A stretch of 64,000 nt of DNA from a virus, in IMG/VR virus record IMGVR_UViG_3300017971_000261, positions 16,268-80,267 of that record; one strand, 5' to 3'. This document shows positions 26,049-34,303 of this stretch, in pieces. Made by a program: the position numbers and the translations under genes. Positions within the stretch are counted from its first letter, which is position 1, and each line of letters starts with the position of its first letter. A model generated the notes under the pieces. That model ran no database searches and was not told the origin of the DNA. It saw only the letters and a program-made list of their open reading frames with translations.

Positions 26049-28082
26049 TTGGATACCGTGCGCACCCAATCCATACCAGAAGTGAAAGGCTCTCTGAAAC
26101 AATGGCTTACGAAGCTCGCAGAGAATCCATACGCTGCGGCAGAGGACCCGTACGCTTGCGGAAACCCCCCACTCTGTTGGGCTGTCGAAATTGACGACAA
26201 CCTTCTACCAGATGCGTTGCATAACCTCACTGGTGAGAGGATCTTGTTTTGCTATAATGCAGATAATCCTGAGTCCTTATGGATTGCAAATTACTATGCA
26301 CGGTACCGATCGGTTCCATCAGACAACCTACTAGGTCTCACCGGGATCACTGTAGACCCTACTGCCGGGACCGGTGACCCGTGTTGGCCCGGAAGGACAA
26401 CCGAAGTTGTCATTGATGAGACGGAATTTGACATCCGGATACAGACTCCAATCTTGACCAAACTGATTGAGATGGATGTCGACCCATATTCTGTGTATCC
26501 TGCCATTTGGTGCATCATCACAGGATTCGATTTGCCACATGCTTACTATCCCGGCGACGACCCATATGCCCCACCAATCGGCATCACCAGCAGACTCAGC
26601 AGGGTCTATCACAGTGTAGATTACAAACATGCCAACCCTCTTTACAACAAGAAGGACACTTTCCGATTCTACAATGGCTCAGATGCCAATATCGCTTTGA
26701 TTACGTCTGTCATCGATGGACCAACGAGCTGCCATGCAAGACGAATCATAGATCGATCGACCGAGGTCAGCAGACAGAACGAGCTGACTGGAAAGATCTA
26801 TATTGATCCATACGGCAAGCGTGATACAGAAAACGAACTTGAGTACGAATCAGATATATTGGACTTCGTTACTAACGAACTTAGCAACTTAGGATTGACA
26901 AGTTTCACAACTTCAGTTGCCCAGTACTTCCTGCAGGACCCAACAATTCCAGAGCTAGACGGAGATAGCTTTTACTGGGGTTGGTATAGACCAAGATTCT
27001 CAAGCCAGCTTGTTGAAGCAACAAGCAATAAGAGATGCTTCTTGTACAATGCAGATGATGACTCGGCATCTGCGTTGAACGAACGTGTTGACACAAACGC
27101 CGGAAACAGGTGGTGCAACATCGCTATAGACACTGAGCCACCTTACGCGTCGACAGCAGGAGCGGTTTCAGCTCCTGGTTCTGATGCCCACCTCAGACCT
27201 AGGCCATTTTTCGAGGCTCTGCATCAGGGAGCATGTTTGGGTGAATGTTTTTTGTATGCTAGCCCATATGTTGATTGGAAAATCATACTGGTTGGCGACC
27301 CGTTGATGACGGCTAGATTCCCATCTGCTATTCCTGATGAGCAAGATCCTACTCATACAACCCTACACAACGACGAGCTTGTCGATCGAGCTAAACGTCG
27401 CATTGAACAATCTCTAGCATATGGCTATAGACAATGGCGTATTGCAGACCAGATTGTTCAACTGGTAGTCAACACAACCGAACTTGATGAGGAAATCAGG
27501 CTGTTAGAACCATCTGCTCTCTATCGCAGGTATCTAGATATAGCCAGGCAACGTGAAGGATTTGAGCTAGTGGTTGATTCATTTCTGAGATACATAAGCA
27601 GAACTACATTGAGAAGTTTTCAATACTGGCTAACATCAAACAACAAGCAGATTACGCCCCTTTTGTCGCAAGTAATCGAACGTCTTCCGCATGACAGTTC
27701 TATACCAGCTTCCTTGATATATAGCAGTGGCTACTGGGAATACATTTTCACATTCACTTATTATGGGGAAGATCGTCAGAACGTCCATTTTCAGATGCAG
27801 ATCGCATCTGACGACACGTTTGGCACTGTCATTTTTGACTTGGTGAGTTCCACTTCTCAAAGCGGATGGACGTATGAATCAGAGCTAAGAACCTTCGTGC
27901 AACTGCAATCAGCAGGTTTGCCATCCAATTTCAGCGGGCGACGAATCAAGTTCTCGGCCACATCCTCTGAGCATTTGTCAACTGGAGATCTGGTTTACGT
28001 TAGATGGCGAGTTACTGATGCTTCTGGTGTCCCTGCTTCAAGTTGGACTTCTGACACAGAGGGCATGATTGTCATAGCGTAG
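26049..28082 (+). CDS. TIGR03790-like protein with C-terminal beta-sandwich (Fn3-like) domain
   Basis: YNADNPES..IANYYA..RSVP..NLLGL, FYWGWY, TAGAVSAP, RP..FF..L..G..LGE, WKIILVGDPL. Confidence 0.7.
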   Translation: MDTVRTQSIPEVKGSLKQWLTKLAENPYAAAEDPYACGNPPLCWAVEIDDNLLPDALHNLTGERILFCYNADNPESLWIANYYARYRSVPSDNLLGLTGITVDPTAGTGDPCWPGRTTEVVIDETEFDIRIQTPILTKLIEMDVDPYSVYPAIWCIITGFDLPHAYYPGDDPYAPPIGITSRLSRVYHSVDYKHANPLYNKKDTFRFYNGSDANIALITSVIDGPTSCHARRIIDRSTEVSRQNELTGKIYIDPYGKRDTENELEYESDILDFVTNELSNLGLTSFTTSVAQYFLQDPTIPELDGDSFYWGWYRPRFSSQLVEATSNKRCFLYNADDDSASALNERVDTNAGNRWCNIAIDTEPPYASTAGAVSAPGSDAHLRPRPFFEALHQGACLGECFLYASPYVDWKIILVGDPLMTARFPSAIPDEQDPTHTTLHNDELVDRAKRRIEQSLAYGYRQWRIADQIVQLVVNTTELDEEIRLLEPSALYRRYLDIARQREGFELVVDSFLRYISRTTLRSFQYWLTSNNKQITPLLSQVIERLPHDSSIPASLIYSSGYWEYIFTFTYYGEDRQNVHFQMQIASDDTFGTVIFDLVSSTSQSGWTYESELRTFVQLQSAGLPSNFSGRRIKFSATSSEHLSTGDLVYVRWRVTDASGVPASSWTSDTEGMIVIA

Positions 28083-28101
28083 AACTAAACTATGGTGAAA
28101 T

Positions 28102-28485
28102 ATGACTGCAACAAAGATACATAGATACATGAATCTTATTGCTCTTTCTGTTCGTGCAGGCAACCGTAAGGCCGCAAGGATTGCGTCAGCGCGAACTGAC
28201 ATTGGCAATACTGATGTCTACAGCTTCCCGTCTGTTCGGGAAGCATATCGAGCAGTACAGCAATTTAGTGAAGACGCCTTTCGCACCTACAGTTCGTTTT
28301 CCAGTGCTGCTACAGAAGCCAATGGGCTTCGTTCTCTGGTTAAGGGATTATCTAAGTATATCATCGAAATCCTAGGAATGACTGTGGATTCATGGCTAAC
28401 TGCGAACGGTTTTCAGGTGCAAACGGAGTATGCGACATTGTCAAACTCATTGGGTTATCCTATTAGTTCGGCAAACATAGCATAA
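28102..28485 (+). CDS. Hypothetical protein
   Basis: 127 aa directly upstream of terminase. Confidence 0.7.
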   Translation: MTATKIHRYMNLIALSVRAGNRKAARIASARTDIGNTDVYSFPSVREAYRAVQQFSEDAFRTYSSFSSAATEANGLRSLVKGLSKYIIEILGMTVDSWLTANGFQVQTEYATLSNSLGYPISSANIA

Positions 28486-28491
28486 GGAAAT

Positions 28492-30375
28492 ATGCCAAAG
28501 CGAACAGTAAATAGATCCTTTTCAGATGTTCTGGGAGAATTACGTTCGGATGTTTCTATGAATCGAACTGGAGGAATCCCAGACATCATTGAATTCACGT
28601 TCAGTCCACATTGGTTGAACGTTCGTGCCTCAGGAATCGCTAATCTTTACCCGGTCCAAACGATTATTCTCAAGTCCTTTTATAGAGGAAGCATTGGCAA
28701 TGAAAATCTCACGCTGACCGAAGAGGAATTAGACAAGCTTAAGAAACTAAAGCACGACAATATCATTGACAAATATCACGACCTTGGAAATTTCAGGGAA
28801 TTGGTGCTTGTGCTCGGTCGTCGTTCTGGCAAGAACCTCATGACATCGATCGTTGCATTGTATGAAGCCATGAAGCTGATCGAGATTCCAGGCGGATCTC
28901 CTTACGAATACTATGGAATTGCTCGCGGTGCTCCTGTTTACGTGCTAGGAATCGCGAGTGCTGCCGAGCAGGCACAGCTTCTGTTCTCCGAGATTCGTAC
29001 ACGCGCTCAATCATCTGATTACTTCAAACGGCATATGGTGCCCGGTGCTATTGGTTCACAGACAATCAGCCTTCTAACACCAGAAGACAGGGAAGTCAAT
29101 AGGCAACTAGATAGGGATGGCTTGCCAGAGGCCAAGACAAAAGGCAGTGTTGTCATCTACAGCGGCCACTCGAACAGCAATTCGCTCGTTGGAAAACGTT
29201 GCATCATGCTGGTCATGGATGAAGTGGCGTCTTACCCACAAACTAGCGGACCATCATCCGGTGATGCCCTATATCAACAGCTCGTGCCCATGACCGCCGA
29301 CTTCAAGCGTAAGGTTGGTCAAACTGAGGACGGAAAAGACCGATATAGGCTTGACTCTAAGATTATTGCTATTTCGTCACCAAGAGGCGAGGAAGGTCTT
29401 CTTTTCCGCCTATATAGCAACGCCAGAAGACGAAAAAGCCGATTGGCCTACAAGTTACCAACTTGGGATGTTAATATGGGTGTAACTAAGGAGATGCTTT
29501 TTGAAGAATATCCAGAGTTACGTCCTGTTGAGTTCAATATGCAGTTTGGTGCTGAGTTCTCAGGAACTTCAGGTGAGAAGTTCATACCAGACCGTTATGT
29601 GGATGATGCAATCGAACTGGGACGCGTAATGGGCGTGCTCAAAAGACCTCTCGGCGAACGGGGTTTGGTTTACTATGCTCATCTGGACCCTGCGTCAAGA
29701 AGCCACAACTTTGCTCTCGTTATTTTACACATTGAGGAATACATCAGAGAAAGGGTGAAAGCTGACGGACGAAAGGCTAAAGAAGTAACAAAGGTATTCG
29801 TTGTCGACCACCTGATGGTGTGGGAGCCGGGGGTCAAAGAATCAATCAACGTCAAGGAGGTTGAGGATTATATTGTTGGACTCAGCAAGAAATTCAAGTT
29901 TGCCACTGTCACTTATGATGCCTGGAATTCACCATCTAGCAAGGATGTTTTGCAGAGGCACGGGATACCTAATAGGGAAACAGCATTCCGAAAACATTAC
30001 AAGATGGGCATTTATGACCAGCTAGAAGACCTTTTAGTCAATAATCAGATAGCTTTACCAGCAGGCTCGCCAAGGTACAAGGAAGCAGAATTGCTTGAAC
30101 TGGAGCTGAAATCCCTGAAGCGGCAATATACTGCTAACGGTTTTCAGATAAAGCCTGACGAAAACGGCCTTGTACAGACAGATGACTTATGTGATGCACT
30201 TGCTGGTGCTGTAGGTTCTGCCATGGGCGGAATCTATGATGGATACCCAAAAGGGGCCGTTGCGTATATGCCTGCTTTCAGATCTGGTGGAGCAAACAGG
30301 CCATGGTTGATCGGAAGAGGCGTATTTAACAACCAAGAGATCAAAACGCTGGGTGGCCGGTTTGGTATGTTCTAG
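28492..30375 (+). CDS. Terminase large subunit
   Basis: Walker A LVLGRRSGKN, Walker B MLVMDE, coupling motif ISSP, RNase H-like YYAHLDPA, YDAWNS, DDLCDALAG. Confidence 0.93.
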   Translation: MPKRTVNRSFSDVLGELRSDVSMNRTGGIPDIIEFTFSPHWLNVRASGIANLYPVQTIILKSFYRGSIGNENLTLTEEELDKLKKLKHDNIIDKYHDLGNFRELVLVLGRRSGKNLMTSIVALYEAMKLIEIPGGSPYEYYGIARGAPVYVLGIASAAEQAQLLFSEIRTRAQSSDYFKRHMVPGAIGSQTISLLTPEDREVNRQLDRDGLPEAKTKGSVVIYSGHSNSNSLVGKRCIMLVMDEVASYPQTSGPSSGDALYQQLVPMTADFKRKVGQTEDGKDRYRLDSKIIAISSPRGEEGLLFRLYSNARRRKSRLAYKLPTWDVNMGVTKEMLFEEYPELRPVEFNMQFGAEFSGTSGEKFIPDRYVDDAIELGRVMGVLKRPLGERGLVYYAHLDPASRSHNFALVILHIEEYIRERVKADGRKAKEVTKVFVVDHLMVWEPGVKESINVKEVEDYIVGLSKKFKFATVTYDAWNSPSSKDVLQRHGIPNRETAFRKHYKMGIYDQLEDLLVNNQIALPAGSPRYKEAELLELELKSLKRQYTANGFQIKPDENGLVQTDDLCDALAGAVGSAMGGIYDGYPKGAVAYMPAFRSGGANRPWLIGRGVFNNQEIKTLGGRFGMF

Positions 30376-30461
30376 CCGGTATATGACAGGACTAGAGGTA
30401 CAGCGTAACTAAGTTATAGTATGTACGCGCCTTATGGCCAAAGGATAACCGAGGTGATCAA

Positions 30462-31175
30462 ATGACCTTCAATTTCAACGAGCACGTAAAGCAGGCTCAG
30501 GTAAAGCCTTACGAAAAGTATCTTCGAGATGACAGTGTCGAAGGAGAGGCTGACGACAAACAGCCCGTTGTTGAAAAAATGCTTCCGGATCGCGAAGGCG
30601 ACAAAGTCGAGGTCGCTGAACGTATGATCTCTGAGGTCCGAGAGGATGTAACTGATGACACTGAGACTCAGGAAAGGCGTCTGGATACGGCAGAATCTCA
30701 ATATGACAAGAAGCATAGGGATGACAGTGCATCCATCTCCGTTCCTCCGTTAGCTGTTGTAGTTGAGAAACTTCGACAAGAACGAATGGCAGACTGGAAG
30801 ACCGACAAGCAACCAAACTGGACTCTTGAATTCGATGACAAGAAACAGCTTGGCGACTTGCCACGGTTCCCGAAATCTCCCGGTCAGCATACGGAAATCG
30901 CTCTGGAAAACGATCCCAGACGATTTGAGTCGGGCGGAGATCTACGCAAACAAGAGAAAGCTGAGCCGAAACCCCTTTCTGGTGATTTCACTACAGCAGA
31001 TGTTGATAGAGTTACTGAGAGAATTAAGATCGGCAAAAGCAGGGATTTCGATGCTGCCATTGCTGCTGTTCTCTGTGAGGCAGAAGATCAGAGGCGTGAA
31101 CTGACCGAAGAAGAGAGACAAGCAATCGTACAACTTAAAATAGCCCGAACCGAAGCCATGGTTAAAGAAGGCTGA
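30462..31175 (+). CDS. Putative head-associated protein (FNF..KQAQ N-terminus, xxEKxL repeats)
   Basis: GAGGTG RBS; shares peptide motifs with other head-module genes. Confidence 0.7.
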   Translation: MTFNFNEHVKQAQVKPYEKYLRDDSVEGEADDKQPVVEKMLPDREGDKVEVAERMISEVREDVTDDTETQERRLDTAESQYDKKHRDDSASISVPPLAVVVEKLRQERMADWKTDKQPNWTLEFDDKKQLGDLPRFPKSPGQHTEIALENDPRRFESGGDLRKQEKAEPKPLSGDFTTADVDRVTERIKIGKSRDFDAAIAAVLCEAEDQRRELTEEERQAIVQLKIARTEAMVKEG

Positions 31176-31190
31176 ATGAAGGTATAATTC

Positions 31191-31715
31191 ATGAGAACGG
31201 TGATCAGCAAAAAGGTTACCGCACTATGGAATCCGGATTGGGATCTTCTCACCGACTATGAAGACGAGAAGAGAAAGCAGATCGTTCGGGAGCGGGGCGG
31301 TCTACGTTCTGACCCGTTCAGGAAGAAAGACGAATACAACTTGCCGGACAAAACAAAGAACATCGGAGAATATGGCCAAGATCCCGGACTAGGCCAAAAC
31401 CGAAGAAAGCCACCTATAGGAGAACCTGGTATCTCAAGTTTGACGAGAGGCGAGGAACCAGAAGAAAGAAGCGGGACAGATGTGAGTTCAGGTCCCGCAT
31501 CGGATTCTATGCGATCGGAAGAGAATGAGACCAATCTTCGTCCGAATCGCATGAATCCTAATGATGTCTCCAGACAGTTTGCAAATGAGTCGGAGACGGT
31601 GCCGCCGGAACTAAAGACGCCCGGCTACACCAACCCCAGAGACATGTCGCCTAAGGATCGTGTCAGGTGGCATCTGGACAACATGAGGCAGAGGGGGCCT
31701 GTTCGTTACAGGTAA
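31191..31715 (+). CDS. Hypothetical protein
   Basis: 174-aa co-oriented ORF. Confidence 0.7.
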   Translation: MRTVISKKVTALWNPDWDLLTDYEDEKRKQIVRERGGLRSDPFRKKDEYNLPDKTKNIGEYGQDPGLGQNRRKPPIGEPGISSLTRGEEPEERSGTDVSSGPASDSMRSEENETNLRPNRMNPNDVSRQFANESETVPPELKTPGYTNPRDMSPKDRVRWHLDNMRQRGPVRYR

Positions 31716-31752
31716 TGGAAACGTGAAGTGAACTTGCTAAGGAGGTAAGTTA

Positions 31753-32544
31753 ATGTTCATCGTAGGCACAAAGAAGATTGGAAAAGGCATCCTGATGATT
31801 CCAAGTCTCAACTACAAGGTAAAGGCCGGTGGTAAATATCCTGTTTCAGACATGGATCTTAGGAATCCGGACGTTCGACGACCGCTTCAGGCAGGAAGCA
31901 TCAAGTTAGAGGGCGCTCCAGATGGTTTCAATCCCCTTTCCTTGGTCGAGTCAGACGACCTTGTCTTATGCAAGAATGTTCTGTGTAACTCTCTGGTCAT
32001 TGATGGCCATGACGGGGCCATACGTCGTGGTGCAGAATTCAAAGTCCATCGTTCAGCTCTCTCTGAACCCGGCCTCAAGAAACTGATCTCCAATCGACTA
32101 GTGGAGATCCTTGATGAGGGTGACGATCTTGATCTGGAGGAAGAAGCCGTTGTGGATCTTGGCCCAGATGAGCCAGCACTTGGTGCAGAGGCAAGTCCTG
32201 AACTAGAGACCAACGAAGAAATGGATATGCCAACAGATGTTCTTGAAGAACTACCACAAGAGGTCAAGTCGGTTCCTGACCCCAGAAAAAGTGCCGTGAT
32301 CTGGAATCCATCCGGAAACGAGCCAGTGGTCAAGAACAACCTGAAAGCCACTGTTTGGAGCAAAGGAAAGGCAGTACAAGCAGAACAGGGCCCGCCTCCA
32401 CAACAAACAGAAATTCTTTTCGTGGATCAGGAGCAGAGAGCCGAAGCAATCAAGAAGCATCCGGTTCTTAGCAAAAAAGCCGAGAAGAAAACAGATGAAC
32501 CCAACTTCGTATTAGAGGAAAATAACACCGAGGGGGAAGGATAG
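31753..32544 (+). CDS. Hypothetical acidic protein
   Basis: AAGGAGGT RBS; 263 aa. Confidence 0.75.
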   Translation: MFIVGTKKIGKGILMIPSLNYKVKAGGKYPVSDMDLRNPDVRRPLQAGSIKLEGAPDGFNPLSLVESDDLVLCKNVLCNSLVIDGHDGAIRRGAEFKVHRSALSEPGLKKLISNRLVEILDEGDDLDLEEEAVVDLGPDEPALGAEASPELETNEEMDMPTDVLEELPQEVKSVPDPRKSAVIWNPSGNEPVVKNNLKATVWSKGKAVQAEQGPPPQQTEILFVDQEQRAEAIKKHPVLSKKAEKKTDEPNFVLEENNTEGEG

Positions 32545-32545
32545 G

Positions 32546-32728
32546 GTGGAGAAGGACAGCAGAGTCATCTCGCTCAGTCCGTCAGTTTGGACAACGATTT
32601 ACGCTAAATTATCGCCTAAGAACAAGAAATTCTTAAGGCGTTACTATAAGTCCATTTATCCGAGAGAGTACGTCAAAGTACTCGTTTCTGCATTGGAACA
32701 ATATGGATTCTCAGAGAGATACGCTTAA
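32546..32728 (+). CDS. Small protein homologous to the C-terminus of 40960 ORF
   Basis: LSPKNKKFLRRYYKSIYPREYVKVLV. Confidence 0.65.
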   Translation: MEKDSRVISLSPSVWTTIYAKLSPKNKKFLRRYYKSIYPREYVKVLVSALEQYGFSERYA

Positions 32729-33473
32729 GGACCTTAGCCAAAAACAACTGCTTGAGGTTGAGATGCGCATCTTCGAAATTGGCGTAGATGATGGCAAGTA
32801 CTACACACATGCCGTTCGTGTCGGGGATGATTTTCGCGAAACCAATGACCTCAATGAGTGTGCTGGGCTTATCAAGAAATCGGTCGAAGAACTGAAGATG
32901 GAACTGTGGAAACAATGGGTCCACTTGGGCCATCTAGCAGATGAGCTGTCAAACAGTTATGGTTTCAACACAGGCTCTATAGAGAACCTTCTGTTCCTTC
33001 ACAACCTCAAAAAATGCTACATGCTTGCTGGCTTCTTCTCCTCGCTTGATGCCATACGAGACAAGGTGAGATCAATTTTCAACATAGATGTCGGAATAAG
33101 GGACCCTGATGTCATCGAGGAGTTCAACAATACAGCTCTGAGAATCCTGGTCCTGCACAGGTCCGTGATGCGGGAAACATATCGTGTCAAGTTGATCTCT
33201 GCATACAGCAGCTTAACAAAAACTGCCCAGATCTCTGGCCCATGGGCCAATCTTGATTTGCCTCTCAAAGAGCGTGTGTGGCAATGGGATGAGGAAGAAA
33301 GCAACCTGATGGAACGAGAGAAAGCACGCAAGAACCAGCTCCGGTATAACCCGGAGTATAACATTCAGGGCTTTTATTTCGTCTGGCAGGATCGTAATCG
33401 AGATCCATATCTGTTCGAGAAACGCCGGGAGGAGAGCCCATACCCACAACGAGAAAGGCTTCAGATACCATAG
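32703..33473 (+). CDS. Hypothetical protein (KTAQ motif)
   Basis: 256 aa; overlapping starts/stops with neighbours. Confidence 0.75.
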   Translation: MDSQRDTLKDLSQKQLLEVEMRIFEIGVDDGKYYTHAVRVGDDFRETNDLNECAGLIKKSVEELKMELWKQWVHLGHLADELSNSYGFNTGSIENLLFLHNLKKCYMLAGFFSSLDAIRDKVRSIFNIDVGIRDPDVIEEFNNTALRILVLHRSVMRETYRVKLISAYSSLTKTAQISGPWANLDLPLKERVWQWDEEESNLMEREKARKNQLRYNPEYNIQGFYFVWQDRNRDPYLFEKRREESPYPQRERLQIP

Positions 33474-33481
33474 GAATCGGG

Positions 33482-34303
33482 ATGGACAGGGAAACGACAA
33501 AAGAGACAACCAAGAATTCAAACTCATCTGTCGATGCTGTCGTGGAATCCCTGTCTCGTTTTGCTGATCTGTTTGATTTGCCACATCTCTTTCTGATGGG
33601 CGGTTATCCTCGTCACCTATACTACGAAAAGCCCTGTACGGATAACCGGTTGGATGTCGTTTGCGCTTACGATGATCTTACAGAGGAGATGGCTAATCTG
33701 TTTGCATCAGAGATTCTTGGCCGTCTTCCGTCCTTCAAAGGCCACAGGGGCGATATCATCATCAAGACATCGGACGACGAGCCGAACATCGAGCTGCATT
33801 TCCAGTCTTACAGCCCAAACTCTCATCTCTACAACCCTGACTTGAAAAATCATTTGGCTGCTAGCGAGGCTGACACCATCCCCATTATGCACAATGCGTA
33901 TGGAAGAGATTTTACTGTAGATACACTTGCTTATGCTTTAGATGATGGTTATCTCTACGACCCAACAGGTCGTGCATCTAGGGATTTGAAAGACAAAAAG
34001 CTGGACAGCATGCTCTCTCCAGAAACCCTGTTCAAGTTCTGCCCAAAAGCAGCTTTTAGGGCACTGAATCTTGCACTTGATGAGGATCTCGACATTTCTC
34101 CGAGACTTGGTAAAGGCATACGATCTGCCATACCGAGGATCATGGCTGTCATACCAGAAAACGAACGCACCAGAAATGCAATCAGGACAATAGTTAAGCA
34201 CCGGGAGGATGGCCTCGATTTACTGAAGAAGTATAACCTTGACCGGTTCCTAATCAATGATAAGGTCAAGAACATACTGAAACAGGAGGCTAAAGGTGCA
34301 TGA
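33482..34303 (+). CDS. tRNA nucleotidyltransferase/poly(A) polymerase family protein, degenerate
   Basis: FLMGGYPR, GRDFTVDTLAY, DPTGRASRDL; catalytic DxD appears as RLD and EDxxR as FCPKA. Confidence 0.8.
   Translation: MDRETTKETTKNSNSSVDAVVESLSRFADLFDLPHLFLMGGYPRHLYYEKPCTDNRLDVVCAYDDLTEEMANLFASEILGRLPSFKGHRGDIIIKTSDDEPNIELHFQSYSPNSHLYNPDLKNHLAASEADTIPIMHNAYGRDFTVDTLAYALDDGYLYDPTGRASRDLKDKKLDSMLSPETLFKFCPKAAFRALNLALDEDLDISPRLGKGIRSAIPRIMAVIPENERTRNAIRTIVKHREDGLDLLKKYNLDRFLINDKVKNILKQEAKGA

Noticed and set aside
28102-28485. Terminase small subunit
   Set aside because: Position fits, but no HTH or other supporting motif; left as hypothetical.
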